A stretch of DNA of 64,000 nt from the NCBI GenBank assembly GCA_949298065.1, contig CASFUZ010000003.1, positions 25,291 to 89,290 of the forward strand, in the 5' to 3' direction. The notes under the pieces are model-generated. The model made no database searches, was not told where the DNA came from, and saw nothing but the letters and a program-made list of their open reading frames with translations. The position numbers and the translations under genes are program-made. Of this stretch, positions 20,144 to 30,909 are shown piece after piece. The stretch is from an uncultured Pseudomonadota bacterium (lineage in GTDB: Bacteria > Pseudomonadota > Alphaproteobacteria > RF32 > CAG-239). Within the stretch, counting starts at the first letter, position 1. Every line of letters starts with the position of its first letter.

Positions 20144-20158
20144 GGTTGGAATGTTACC

Positions 20159-21181
20159 ATGAAGCAAAATGTAATAGATGATTATAACTTACTATCAGGT
20201 CAGCAAAAAGCGGCGATATTGATGATGTCATTGGATGAAGACAAGTCTGCGCAAATTTTTGCACTAATGGATGATGAGGAGATAAAAGAGCTATCCGTCA
20301 TTATGGCGAGCTTAGGTAAAGTCAATTCCAATGTTGTAGAGCAATTATTTCAGGAGTTTACGGAAAAATCAAGCAATACGGGAGCTTTGATAGGTACCTT
20401 TGAAAGTACGGAGCGTTTGCTTTCCAAGACCCTGGACAAAGAGCGTGTTACAGCCATTATGGAAGAAATCAGAGGCCCTGCGGGACGTACGATGTGGGAT
20501 AAGTTGGGTAATGTAAACGAGCATGTTTTGGCCAACTACTTAAAGAATGAATATCCGCAGACGATTGCCGTAATTTTATCCAAAATTAAAGCAGAACATG
20601 CCGCAAAAGTTATAGCATTGTTACCGGAAAACTTTGCGATGGAAATTGTAATGAGAATGCTGCGGATGGATTCCGTGCAGAAAGAGGTTTTGGATGGTTT
20701 GGAAAAAACTTTGCGTAAAGAGTTTATGTCCAACTTATCTAAGTCTACAAGGCGTGATTCCCATGAGCTTATTGCGGATATTTTCAACTCTTTGGACCGC
20801 AATACGGAAGGTCGGTTTATGGAGGCGTTGGAAGAAAGGAACAGAGAGAGTGCCGAGCGTGTCAAATCTCTTATGTTTACGTTTGAGGACTTGGTTCGTG
20901 TCGATTCGCAAGGTATTCAGGTATTGTTGCGTAATATTGATAAAGACAAGCTTGCAATAGCCTTAAAAGGAGCTTCAGATACAATCAAAGACTTGTTCTT
21001 CAACAATATGTCTTCGCGTGCCGGTAAGATTATTAAGGAAGATATGGAAGCCATGGGACCTGTTCGTCTGCGTGATGTTGAAGAAGCTCAGCAATACATT
21101 GTTACCACGACCAAAGAGCTGTCCAATGCCGGAGAGATAGTCATCAGCGAAGGCAAAGAGAACGACGAGTTGATATATTAA
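20159..21181 (+). CDS. fliG: Flagellar motor switch protein
   Basis: QKAAIL, EYPQTIAVIL, MFTFEDL, NMSSRAG, GPVRLRDVEEAQ. Confidence 0.97.
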   Translation: MKQNVIDDYNLLSGQQKAAILMMSLDEDKSAQIFALMDDEEIKELSVIMASLGKVNSNVVEQLFQEFTEKSSNTGALIGTFESTERLLSKTLDKERVTAIMEEIRGPAGRTMWDKLGNVNEHVLANYLKNEYPQTIAVILSKIKAEHAAKVIALLPENFAMEIVMRMLRMDSVQKEVLDGLEKTLRKEFMSNLSKSTRRDSHELIADIFNSLDRNTEGRFMEALEERNRESAERVKSLMFTFEDLVRVDSQGIQVLLRNIDKDKLAIALKGASDTIKDLFFNNMSSRAGKIIKEDMEAMGPVRLRDVEEAQQYIVTTTKELSNAGEIVISEGKENDELIY

Positions 21182-21194
21182 CGGATAATCGGCG

Positions 21195-21920
21195 ATGGCG
21201 GAGCTCAAGAAATTTTTGTTTGATAATTTTGTCATTGAAGACAAGAAAAAAATAAAAGCCGAGCCGGAAGAGCCGGAAGAGGAGGTTTTGCCGGAACAAG
21301 AGGTTGAGGAAGAAGCGATAGAAGTTGAGGCAGAGCCGGTTGTAGAAGAAGTAGAACCCGAGCCGGAGGCTATTACTTTTAGTGAAGAAGAAGTTGCCGA
21401 AAAAGTAAAAGAAGCCGAAAAGGAAGCCTATGAGAAGGGTTTGAAGGCGGCGCAAGAAAGCATAGAGCAAACGCAAAAAGAGCTTTTGGAAAGTATTAAT
21501 AATAAGTTGATAGCGTTAATTGCGAATAGCATAAAAGCGGAAGAAACCGCTGAGCAAGAGGCTTTTGCTTTGGCCAGAGCTGTGGTTGACAAGTTAGTCC
21601 CGGGGTTGAATGAAGAACATGCGGCAGAGCTTGTAAATAAATTTATTGCTGATAATTTCAACAGTTTTAAGAATGAAGCAAAATTATCTTTCTATATTCA
21701 TCCCGATATTATATCATATGCGCAAGAAACAATAGCCAAACTGGCCAATAGTTATGACTTTGAAGGCAAAATTGCGTTGCATAAAGATGCAAGTTTAGAA
21801 AGAGCAGATTGTCGGGTTGAATGGGAAAACGGCGGTGTTGAACGAAATTCGGCAGAGCTTGGTGAAAGAGTTAAAACTTTGTTGGCAGAAGAACCTGAAG
21901 GGAACAAAAACGATGAGTGA
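21195..21920 (+). CDS. fliH: Flagellar assembly protein FliH/FlbE
   Basis: KFLFDNF N-terminus, AYEKG, DCRVEWENGGVER; position in cluster. Confidence 0.85.
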   Translation: MAELKKFLFDNFVIEDKKKIKAEPEEPEEEVLPEQEVEEEAIEVEAEPVVEEVEPEPEAITFSEEEVAEKVKEAEKEAYEKGLKAAQESIEQTQKELLESINNKLIALIANSIKAEETAEQEAFALARAVVDKLVPGLNEEHAAELVNKFIADNFNSFKNEAKLSFYIHPDIISYAQETIAKLANSYDFEGKIALHKDASLERADCRVEWENGGVERNSAELGERVKTLLAEEPEGNKNDE

Positions 21921-22266
21921 AAATTTGGAATTAGATGAGTTGAGCGAAAGCGCCGGTATGGATGATGAGCCGGTACTCAAAAAAGACGGCCTTGATGATA
22001 ATTTTGACATTCCGAGTTCCGCCAGCGATTTGGAAGCGGTTTATGACATTCCGGTGAAGGTATCAGCCATTTTGGGCAAGACCAAGATGAAGGTCAGCCA
22101 GTTGTTGAAGCTTAACAAGGGCGCAATTATAGAGCTTGATCGTAAAGTCGGTGAAGCGATAGATATTTATGTGAACAACAATCTGGTGGCCAGAGGAGAG
22201 GTTGTTGTCGTTGATGACAAATTAGGCATAACGATGACCGAAATCGTCAAATCGGTAACCAAATAG
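21913..22266 (+). CDS. fliN: Flagellar motor switch protein
   Basis: YDIPVKVSAILG, ELDRKVGEAIDIYVN, ARGEVVVV. Confidence 0.95.
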   Translation: MSENLELDELSESAGMDDEPVLKKDGLDDNFDIPSSASDLEAVYDIPVKVSAILGKTKMKVSQLLKLNKGAIIELDRKVGEAIDIYVNNNLVARGEVVVVDDKLGITMTEIVKSVTK

Positions 22267-22277
22267 GATAAAGCAAA

Positions 22278-23594
22278 ATGGAATTACTGATTGTCGGAAC
22301 TTTGGACGGACAAATTGGTGCAGCGAGCAAAATCGCCATAGCACAAGGCGGCCATGTGTCTTTAGCAGATAAGATAGAAACAGCTTTGGATATTCTGCGT
22401 TCTGGCAAGAATATAGAATTGGTTATGATTGATGTTAAACTTGATGTACATAAATTTATTTCAAGTTTGGAAAATGAGCGCATAAATGTTTTGGTCGTAG
22501 CCGCAGGTGTTTCCAATGATCCGGCTTTGGCGGTTAATGCGATTAAGGCCGGTGCGAAGGAGTATATTCCGCTGCCGCCTGACCCCGAGCTTATCGGAGC
22601 GGTTTTGGCTGCTGCTACAAGAGAAAATCATGCCCTGATATATGGAGATAAAAAGACCGAGCAGGTTTTAAAGCTTGCTAAGCAGATAGCTCCGTCTGAA
22701 GCTAATGTTTTATTGACGGGAGAGTCCGGTACGGGTAAAGAAATTTTCTCGCGTTTTGTGCATGACAATTCTAAGAGGGCCAATAAGAAATTTGTGGCGG
22801 TAAACTGCGCGGCCATACCTGAAACTTTGTTGGAATCAGAGCTTTTTGGTTACGAGAAAGGCGCGTTTACGGGAGCGGTTGCACGGCGTATCGGCAAGTT
22901 TGAGGAAGCCTCCGGCGGAACATTGTTGTTAGATGAAATTTCCGAGATGGATATCAGGATTCAGGCAAAACTGTTGAGAGCCATTCAGGAAAAAGAGATA
23001 GACCGCATTGGCGGTAAAGCCCCCATAAAAGTAGATACAAGAATTATTGCCACCTCCAACCGCAATTTGGATGAGGCCGTTAAGAACGGAACATTCAGAC
23101 AAGACTTATATTATCGTTTGAATGTGGTAAATATAAACATTCCGCCATTAAGAGAGCGTGCGGATGATATCATTGTTTTGGCCAAGCATTTTGTGAAAAA
23201 ATATTCGGAACTCAATGATATTGAGATAAAGCCGATATCCAAATCAGCCGAGGAAAAATTGCTCAATTATTTATGGCCGGGCAATGTCAGAGAATTGGAA
23301 AATACGATGCACCGAGCGGTTTTACTGAGTACGGGGGAAGAAATTGATGAAAATGCAATTATTTTGGATTCTCCGGATTCGGTTATAAATAAAGCCGAAG
23401 GCGAAGTTATGACCGGTGCAGAGTTTGTCGGTAATACGGTAGCGAATATGGAGCGCAATTTAATAATTGATACGCTGAAACACACAATGGGCAACCGAAC
23501 GGTTGCGGCAAATATTTTGGGAATATCCATTCGCACGCTGCGTAACAAACTCAAGCAGTATGAAAATGAAGGCTTTAGTATTCCCGAAAATTAG
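22278..23594 (+). CDS. flbD: Sigma54-dependent flagellar activator
   Basis: Receiver + GESGTGKE + GAFTGA + WPGNVRELEN + Fis HTH. Confidence 0.92.
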   Translation: MELLIVGTLDGQIGAASKIAIAQGGHVSLADKIETALDILRSGKNIELVMIDVKLDVHKFISSLENERINVLVVAAGVSNDPALAVNAIKAGAKEYIPLPPDPELIGAVLAAATRENHALIYGDKKTEQVLKLAKQIAPSEANVLLTGESGTGKEIFSRFVHDNSKRANKKFVAVNCAAIPETLLESELFGYEKGAFTGAVARRIGKFEEASGGTLLLDEISEMDIRIQAKLLRAIQEKEIDRIGGKAPIKVDTRIIATSNRNLDEAVKNGTFRQDLYYRLNVVNINIPPLRERADDIIVLAKHFVKKYSELNDIEIKPISKSAEEKLLNYLWPGNVRELENTMHRAVLLSTGEEIDENAIILDSPDSVINKAEGEVMTGAEFVGNTVANMERNLIIDTLKHTMGNRTVAANILGISIRTLRNKLKQYENEGFSIPEN

Positions 23595-23613
23595 GTAGGT
23601 AAGCAAGACAAGT

Positions 23614-25737
23614 ATGGCAAAGAAACCGCAAAATAATGCAGCAATGTTCGGCGGCAAATCTTTCAAAGATTTGCTGATATCTTCTACCAAGAGAGGAGAT
23701 ATTTTGTTTGCATTCGGTATTGTCTTAATGCTGGTTATCTTGATTTTGCCGATGCCCGCATGGCTGTTGGATATTGCCTTAGCTTTGTCAATAACGATAG
23801 CTTGTATGGTTTTGATGACCGCCATTTTCATAGAAAAGCCGACCGAGTTTAGCGCTTTCCCTTTGGTCTTGTTGATTACGACAATGTACCGCTTGGCATT
23901 AAATTTGGCCTCTACGCGTTTGATTTTATCCAGAGGCTATTTAGGACCGAGCGCCGCCGGTGAAGTAATTGAGGCTTTCGGCGGTTTCATTATGGGCAAC
24001 AGTTTTGTAATCGGCGTTATCGTTTTTGCCATTCTGGTTATCGTAAACTTTGTCGTTATTACCAAAGGTTCGGGACGTATTGCGGAAGTTGCCGCACGTT
24101 TTGCTTTGGACGCAATGCCCGGTAAACAAATGGCCATAGACGCGGATTTATCATCAGGCCTGATTACGGAAGAAGAGGCGCGTTCTCGCCGTGAAGATTT
24201 AGCTAAAGAAAGCTCATTTTACGGAGCTATGGATGGTGCTTCTAAGTTCGTCCGCGGAGATGCGATAGCCGGCTTGATTATTACTTTGATTAATATTGTT
24301 GCCGGTATCATCATCGGTATGGTTCAAAATGATATGAGCTTTTCGGAAGCCGCAGAAACTTATACGCGTTTGACGGTTGGTGATGGCTTGGTTGCGCAAG
24401 TTCCTGCGCTGATTATCTCTGTTGCCGCCGGTATCTTGGTTTCTAAAGCCGGTATGACCGATGCGACAGATAAGGTTTTGTTTGAGCAACTGGCCAATTA
24501 TCCGAAAGCTTTGGGTATGTCATCTTTCTTGGCCTTGGCTTTAGGAATGTTGCCGGGAACACCGGCTTTCCCGTTTGTGCTGTTAGCAGCCCTGACCGGA
24601 GGCACGGCTTATTATTTGAATAAGCAGCAACAAGTTGCGGCCGAGCAAGCACAAGCGGTTATGGAGCAGGAGAAAAAGCAAGGCGCAGCCGCTAAAGCGG
24701 CAGATGAGCCGATAGCCAATGCTTTAAGAATAGACTTAATCCGTCTTGAAATAGGTTATGGTCTGTTACCGCTGATAAATGAAGAAAGCAACCGCAAATT
24801 AACAGACCAGATTAAGGCCTTGCGCCGCGCTTTGGCATCAGAGTTAGGCTTTGTTATGCCCTCCATTCGTATTCAGGATAATATGCAGTTGGAAGCGAAT
24901 GAGTATAATATTTACATCAAGGAAGTTAAGGCCGGCAAAGGCGAGCTCCGTCCGACCCAGCTTTTGGTAATGGACCCGAGAGGCGAGCCGATAACCCTCC
25001 CCGGAGAGACCACGACCGAGCCGACTTTTGGCTTAAAAGCTATGTGGGTTGACCAGTCTTATAGAGAAGAGGCAATGTTCAGGGGCTATACGGTGGTTGA
25101 TCCGGCAACGGTTGTTACCACGCATATCACCGAATTGGTTAAAGATAATATGCCTGAGCTTCTGTCTTATGCCGAAACGCAAAAATTGCTGGATGAAATG
25201 GATAAAGACCAACAGAAGCTGGTCAAGGAACTTATTCCGAGCAAAGTCAGCCTTGGCGCTGTTCAGCGTATTTTGCAAAATCTGTTGCAGGAAAGAGTTT
25301 CTATCAGAGATTTACCGACTATTTTGGAAGGAATATCCGAGGCTGTATCTACCACGCGTTCGCTGATGATGATAACCGAGCATGTAAGAACCCGTTTGGC
25401 AAGACAATTGTCCAATGCCAATACCAATGAGTTTGGCGTTATTCCGCTGGTAACTTTGTCGCCGGAATGGGAGAGAGCTTTTGCGGAATCCATCATCGGC
25501 GAGGGTGATGAAAGACAACTGGCGATGGCTCCGACTGCCTTGCAGAGTTTTATTACTAAGGTGCGCAATGTTTTGGAAGATTTGGCAGTTAAAGGAGAAA
25601 CGGCCGTATTATTGACCAGTCCGGCGATTCGCCCCTTTGTCCGCTCTATCATTGAGCGCTTTAGACCATTAACGGTTGTTATGTCGCAAAACGAGATTCA
25701 CCCCAAAGCCAAGATTAAAACGGTCGGGCAAATTTAA
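23614..25737 (+). CDS. flhA: Flagellar export gate protein
   Basis: RIAEVAARFALDAMPGKQMAIDADL, FYGAMDGASKFVRGD. Confidence 0.98.
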   Translation: MAKKPQNNAAMFGGKSFKDLLISSTKRGDILFAFGIVLMLVILILPMPAWLLDIALALSITIACMVLMTAIFIEKPTEFSAFPLVLLITTMYRLALNLASTRLILSRGYLGPSAAGEVIEAFGGFIMGNSFVIGVIVFAILVIVNFVVITKGSGRIAEVAARFALDAMPGKQMAIDADLSSGLITEEEARSRREDLAKESSFYGAMDGASKFVRGDAIAGLIITLINIVAGIIIGMVQNDMSFSEAAETYTRLTVGDGLVAQVPALIISVAAGILVSKAGMTDATDKVLFEQLANYPKALGMSSFLALALGMLPGTPAFPFVLLAALTGGTAYYLNKQQQVAAEQAQAVMEQEKKQGAAAKAADEPIANALRIDLIRLEIGYGLLPLINEESNRKLTDQIKALRRALASELGFVMPSIRIQDNMQLEANEYNIYIKEVKAGKGELRPTQLLVMDPRGEPITLPGETTTEPTFGLKAMWVDQSYREEAMFRGYTVVDPATVVTTHITELVKDNMPELLSYAETQKLLDEMDKDQQKLVKELIPSKVSLGAVQRILQNLLQERVSIRDLPTILEGISEAVSTTRSLMMITEHVRTRLARQLSNANTNEFGVIPLVTLSPEWERAFAESIIGEGDERQLAMAPTALQSFITKVRNVLEDLAVKGETAVLLTSPAIRPFVRSIIERFRPLTVVMSQNEIHPKAKIKTVGQI

Positions 25738-25748
25738 GGAGATAGGTT

Positions 25749-26705
25749 GTGCGTATTAAGAAAATCACAGCCCCCGATATGCCGACTGCTTTGGCTGTCA
25801 TCAGAGAGACTTTGGGCGCGGATGCGGTTATCATCTCTGAAGAACATAATGCGCAAGGTGAGCTGGAACTGACCGTTGCCTTGGAGGAAGCGGAAGAAAT
25901 TTCTTTTGACAAAGAAGAAAAGACCGAGGTCAGACAAGCCAAATGGAAATATGATGACGATGCTTTGCGCGAAAGCTTAGATTATCATTGTTTGCTGGAT
26001 GTGGTTAAGGAAAGGATTTTAGCCCGTTGCCGCAAGCTTGCCGCCGAGGAAAATATCCGTGGCGATAAAGAGTTATTGACGCAGTGCTTTGCAAAGATGT
26101 TTAAGTTTCATGATGTACTGGACTGCAAACAGCCGGTCAAGATGTTTATGGGTGTTCCGGGGTCAGGAAAATCAACAGCCATAGCCAAGGTCGCCACACA
26201 GGCCAAACTGCAAAAACTGAGCGCCTGCATTATCTCAACGGACAATGTCCGAGCCGGAGCCAATAGTCAACTGCAAGCTTTTGCAGATATTTTGGGAACA
26301 AATTTTCGTTTTGTAAAAACCCCGCGCGGCTTATATGATATGGTGGAAGAAGCCAAACAAAAATATACTCTGGTTTTGATAGATACACCGGGGATTAATC
26401 CTTTTCAGACTGAAGAAGTTGAAAAAGTCAGCCTACTGACCGAGGCCGTACGCGCGGATGTGATATTAACGATGGATGCCGGCAAAAATACGATGGAAGC
26501 GGTGGAGATTGCCGATGTCTTTGCCGAAATCGGCGCAAAATATTTGTTGCCGACAAGACTGGATTTAACGCGCCGTATTGGTGCTTTGCTGTCGGTTGCC
26601 GCTTGTTGCGATTTCGGCTTTTGCGGTGCAAGTGTCAGCTCAAGCATAGCCAAAGGCTTGTCTAAGGTAGATAATGCCTCTCTGGCCAAATTGGTTTTAT
26701 CCTGA
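25749..26705 (+). CDS. flhF: Flagellar SRP-family GTPase
   Basis: GSGKST, DTPG, TRLD; N-terminal MRIKKITA..M..AL. Confidence 0.88.
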   Translation: MRIKKITAPDMPTALAVIRETLGADAVIISEEHNAQGELELTVALEEAEEISFDKEEKTEVRQAKWKYDDDALRESLDYHCLLDVVKERILARCRKLAAEENIRGDKELLTQCFAKMFKFHDVLDCKQPVKMFMGVPGSGKSTAIAKVATQAKLQKLSACIISTDNVRAGANSQLQAFADILGTNFRFVKTPRGLYDMVEEAKQKYTLVLIDTPGINPFQTEEVEKVSLLTEAVRADVILTMDAGKNTMEAVEIADVFAEIGAKYLLPTRLDLTRRIGALLSVAACCDFGFCGASVSSSIAKGLSKVDNASLAKLVLS

Positions 26706-26722
26706 ACGATAGGAGAAAAAAG

Positions 26723-27532
26723 ATGGAAGAAAAAGTACAGGAAGAATTACGAATAATGCCGCGAGGCGGAATGCCGAGAGCTGCGCGCAAAGGCCGTAAT
26801 ATGATAGCTGTCGCTTCCGGCAAAGGAGGAGTCGGCAAGACTTGGTTTTCCATCACTTTGGCCCATGCGCTGAGTGGCTTAAGACAAAAGACGCTATTGT
26901 TTGACGGCGATTTAGGCTTGGCGAATATAGACATACAGTTGGGCTTGATGGTTAAGGATGATTTGGGGAGCGTTATCAGCGGAGCCAAAACGCTTAACCA
27001 GGTTGTACACCATTGCGACAAAACGCATTTTGACATTATCGCCGGTCGTTCAGGTTCGGCAGGCTTAGCATCTATGCCGATAGGAAGGTTGCAGATTTTG
27101 GGTGAGGATTTGTCGCTTTTGGCCTCAAATTATAACAAGGTAATTTTGGATATGGGAGCGGGTGTAGAAAAACCTGTGCGCATTTTGTCCGGTATGGCGG
27201 AGAAGATAATTGTGCTTTGTACAAGTGAGCCGACATCTTTGACCGATGCCTATGCTTTTATTAAAATAATGGCAATGCAATATCCGAAATGCAATTTAAA
27301 TATTGTAATAAATCAGGCTAATTCGGTAAGGGAAGGACAGCGCACTTATGATACTTTGCTCAAGGCTTGCCGCAATTTTTTGAAAATCTCGCCGGAGCTG
27401 TTAGGCATCATCAGACATGATACCAGAGTGCGCGATTCCATTCGCAACCAAACCCCGCTGATAAACCGTTATCCGACCTCGGAAGCTGCGGAAGATGTTA
27501 TAGAAATAGCAAGGAAGCTGATAGATGAGTAA
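26723..27532 (+). CDS. flhG: MinD-like ATPase FlhG/FleN
   Basis: SGKGGVGKT, DGDLGLANID, EPTSLTDAYA. Confidence 0.9.
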   Translation: MEEKVQEELRIMPRGGMPRAARKGRNMIAVASGKGGVGKTWFSITLAHALSGLRQKTLLFDGDLGLANIDIQLGLMVKDDLGSVISGAKTLNQVVHHCDKTHFDIIAGRSGSAGLASMPIGRLQILGEDLSLLASNYNKVILDMGAGVEKPVRILSGMAEKIIVLCTSEPTSLTDAYAFIKIMAMQYPKCNLNIVINQANSVREGQRTYDTLLKACRNFLKISPELLGIIRHDTRVRDSIRNQTPLINRYPTSEAAEDVIEIARKLIDE

Positions 27533-29132
27533 TGTTATTCCGCCATTGAACACGCCGCAAATAAGCACGCCGACAACGGACAAACCCATTACCGGCAGCA
27601 TAGAGAGTTTGGGCGGACAGTTAGGCGGAGAAAGTATTACTGTAGGGCAAAGTGCTATGCTGGAAGTTTTATCTTCCGCCAAGCAAAATGCTTTGAAAAA
27701 CATATCGGGAACCATCAGCCTAACCATCAATAACCAACTCATAAAAATTCCCGTTGAACTGAAGTTAGATACACCGATTAAACTACCGACAGATACGCTG
27801 ACAGACAATCTGGAATTAAAACTGCAGCCGCAAAAAGACGGAACGATTGCCGTTAAGCTTGTGTCTGTAAACAACGAAAATCCGACAAAATTTATCCTGC
27901 CTCAGGCGGAAAATTTGCCTAAAGGAGAAACGGCGCAAGCCATAATTAAGGATACAAGCGCAAAGCTGCCGCCGATGGAAACCACCCCTTTAAGAGCGGA
28001 AAATGTACTTGAAAAAATAGCAACGGAGCTAAAAATTCCGCAAGCCAAAATTCAGCCTTTGTTGCAAGAATTTGCCAATCTGTCCTCGCGTGTTTCCGTC
28101 AGCCTGCAACTGCAACAGACATTAGAAACTTCCGAGCCGAATTTAAAGCCGCTAGTCGTAAATATTCAAAACATATTGCGCTCATTCGGCGAAGGAAAAA
28201 TTAATCTGCAAGAAGCTATTGGGCAGATTAAAACCGAATTAAGCGGTTTGAAAGGGCAGACTTTTGTTGTTCCGAGTGAAGTTAGACCGGATAAGGGTAT
28301 GGTCTTGCTCAAAACCCCTCTGGCGGAGCTTCCGCTGAATAATCCGCCCAAGCTCGGCAATGGTCTGCCTTTGTTGTTGGAGATAGAGGGTTTTGAGGAA
28401 GTTTTGCCCAAAGTAACCGAGGCTTTAACCGAACAAACCGCAGTTGCGCATAATGTTGCCAAAAATACCGTGCCGGATAATATAATGAAGATTCTAAAGC
28501 CTCTGATTAGTTCCGGACAGCAGGAATTAGCCGCGGCAGTATTAAATAAAATTCCCGAGCCGTCATCACCGAAAATGTTAGCCAATATGGTGTCATATAT
28601 CAAAGCCGGAAGTGAACATAATTTAAGCAAATGGTTGGGAGCAGAGATTGTTGATAAATTAAGTGCCACCAAAGAGGGTAGAGAGGTAGTTGCGAAACTT
28701 GGGACGATGTTTGTATCATCCAATCAGGATGGTATAAATTGGCGGATTATGGAAGTCCCCGTGCTTAATGGTCAGACAATAAATAAAATCAGAATAGCTG
28801 TTAAAAAAATTCTGGATGAAGAAGAAAAGAAAAAACGCAAAGAAAACAGATTATATGGCACGCGCTTTGTTGTGGATACCAACTTCAGCCGTTTGGGGTC
28901 TTTTCAGTTTGACGGTTTTGCTTTGGCTAAAGATAAAAGGTTTGACTTGATAATCAGAACCGAGCGAGAGATAGATTCTGACTTCTGCGCCAATATTATG
29001 CGTTTATTTAAGAATACTTTGTATGAAGAGGGCTATTCCGGCAATGTTAAGATTAATGTTAAAGAAAAGTTTATTAAAATATGCGAAGATAATGCCGAAA
29101 ATGAAATTTTAGCAGACGGAATTTATATATGA
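27525..29132 (+). CDS. Hypothetical protein with FliK-like C-terminal region
   Basis: Overlaps flhG stop; C-terminal TRFVVDTNFSRLGSFQFDG. Confidence 0.6.
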   Translation: MSNVIPPLNTPQISTPTTDKPITGSIESLGGQLGGESITVGQSAMLEVLSSAKQNALKNISGTISLTINNQLIKIPVELKLDTPIKLPTDTLTDNLELKLQPQKDGTIAVKLVSVNNENPTKFILPQAENLPKGETAQAIIKDTSAKLPPMETTPLRAENVLEKIATELKIPQAKIQPLLQEFANLSSRVSVSLQLQQTLETSEPNLKPLVVNIQNILRSFGEGKINLQEAIGQIKTELSGLKGQTFVVPSEVRPDKGMVLLKTPLAELPLNNPPKLGNGLPLLLEIEGFEEVLPKVTEALTEQTAVAHNVAKNTVPDNIMKILKPLISSGQQELAAAVLNKIPEPSSPKMLANMVSYIKAGSEHNLSKWLGAEIVDKLSATKEGREVVAKLGTMFVSSNQDGINWRIMEVPVLNGQTINKIRIAVKKILDEEEKKKRKENRLYGTRFVVDTNFSRLGSFQFDGFALAKDKRFDLIIRTEREIDSDFCANIMRLFKNTLYEEGYSGNVKINVKEKFIKICEDNAENEILADGIYI

Positions 29133-30313
29133 GCAAGACGGAAAACAAAACATTTTCTTTTGACCCCTTAGGTTATTATGCCATTTTGGGTGTGGCATAT
29201 AATGCCGAAGAAGAAGAGATAAAACAAAATTATCGCGAGAAAGCCAAGGTGTTGCACCCTGACCGTAACCCTGACGAAAATGCTTTGGAGAAGTTTCAAA
29301 AATTATCTGTTGCTTACGATGTTTTGAAAGACGAGACTTCGCGCCTGATATATGACTTAATGGCGCAAGCGCACCCGAAAGAGAGTTTTCCGGATATCAA
29401 TGCCTTAAAGGCATATAAAAATCGCAGCGGAGAGGAAGATATAAGCGTCCGAGCTTTAGTGTTAAGACAAGTAACCGGAAAGATTGTTAAATTTTCGGAT
29501 GTTGAAAATTATGAAATTTGTAATTTTAAGGAAGCCCAGACGGCGGTCTTATTAGCCTCGGTTTCAAACTGGTTTTTGGGTTGGTGGCACCCGAAGGCTT
29601 TTGGGAAAAACGTGCAGGCCTTAATAGAAAATATAAAGGGGATTAATGCCAACCGTCAGGATAACTTTACGCTCTTAACGCATAATGCTGTGGCTTATTG
29701 GGAAGACAGCAAAAAAGAGCAGGCTCTGTTGTCGGCTTTGCAGGCAGGAAGTTATGCCAATGCTTATCAGAAAGGTTTGTTGAATAAGTTTATTGCCATG
29801 CTTAATGTTCGGACTTCGGTAAAACTTCCTGTATGGAATTGGGGTAGATTAAAAGCCTTGCAGCTGATTGTTCCGGCTGTCTTGGTTTTGACTGTTTTGT
29901 TGTCTTTAAGCACCCGCGTGATGACGGATTCGGAACTGGCGAAATATTTTGCCAAGAAGAATGAGATAACCTATTTTCAGCAAGTTCAGTTCCGTACCGG
30001 CGGAGAAACGGTTGATGATATGGTGGTCGGAAGAATAATAGATTTACCGGCAGACCCGCAGGATACAAGGCTATTATATCATACCAAGACCGAGACCAAG
30101 GCTATGCACGGTCCCTCAGATGACTTTGATGTTATGACAACCTTAAAACCAAGACAAACCGTACGTATGACCGGCTACACACCGGATAATATCTGGTATC
30201 GTGTGCAGATAGACAATGGCGAAATGGGTTTTGTGAGAGCCGAATTTTTGGCCAAAGGCGTAGGAGCCAAGATTCCTGACGGCAGCAAGATTTATACCGG
30301 GCCGGAACTCTGA
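29129..30313 (+). CDS. J-domain membrane protein with C-terminal SH3b-like domain
   Basis: YYAILGV..HPDRN..AYDVL; central TM; WYRVQIDNGEMGFV. Confidence 0.8.
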   Translation: MSKTENKTFSFDPLGYYAILGVAYNAEEEEIKQNYREKAKVLHPDRNPDENALEKFQKLSVAYDVLKDETSRLIYDLMAQAHPKESFPDINALKAYKNRSGEEDISVRALVLRQVTGKIVKFSDVENYEICNFKEAQTAVLLASVSNWFLGWWHPKAFGKNVQALIENIKGINANRQDNFTLLTHNAVAYWEDSKKEQALLSALQAGSYANAYQKGLLNKFIAMLNVRTSVKLPVWNWGRLKALQLIVPAVLVLTVLLSLSTRVMTDSELAKYFAKKNEITYFQQVQFRTGGETVDDMVVGRIIDLPADPQDTRLLYHTKTETKAMHGPSDDFDVMTTLKPRQTVRMTGYTPDNIWYRVQIDNGEMGFVRAEFLAKGVGAKIPDGSKIYTGPEL

Positions 30314-30485
30314 TAATCTTGTGTATAAAGAAAAGTTTTTGTCTATTTTGGCTTGACAGAAAATATCACAGTATTATATTCAGCAATACAAAAGCTATTA
30401 TTAGAGATAAATTTTAGACTAAAATCTTATTTCAAAAACCTGAAAATAGCGAAAAAAGATTGTTGAACTTTTAAAATAAAATTGT

Positions 30486-30830
30486 ATGGAAACAAAAAAA
30501 TTTTCCTTGAACGGTGGTCTGATTACATCAACAGACAATGTGCCGAGAGTTCTTTACGCCGCAATTCGCCGTGGTTCTGCTGAGGTCTACGGACGTTACG
30601 AAGTCGGAAAAAGTTATGTCGCAAAAGTTGAAGACGGCAAACCTCAGTTTCCGATTTTCAGCGCGGAAGAAAAAGACAAAATCAAAGTCGTCTGCCAAGG
30701 CGATTTGAAGTTGGAAGATGGCAAATACTACGAGTTTCTGCTCATCAAAGTAATGCTTGGGTCTTGCCGTAAGCTTGAAAAAATCAAATTTCGCGCCCTT
30801 CGAGAGGTTACACCCGACGAATGGGAATAA
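30486..30830 (+). CDS. Hypothetical protein
   Basis: Isolated 114-aa ORF followed by a hairpin. Confidence 0.6.
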   Translation: METKKFSLNGGLITSTDNVPRVLYAAIRRGSAEVYGRYEVGKSYVAKVEDGKPQFPIFSAEEKDKIKVVCQGDLKLEDGKYYEFLLIKVMLGSCRKLEKIKFRALREVTPDEWE

Positions 30831-30909
30831 AGGAAATAAGATTAACTTAAAACAAAAAAGCTTTTCATTGGTCAAACGCCTTTGAAAAGCTTTTTTTGTT
30901 ACAGAAAAC

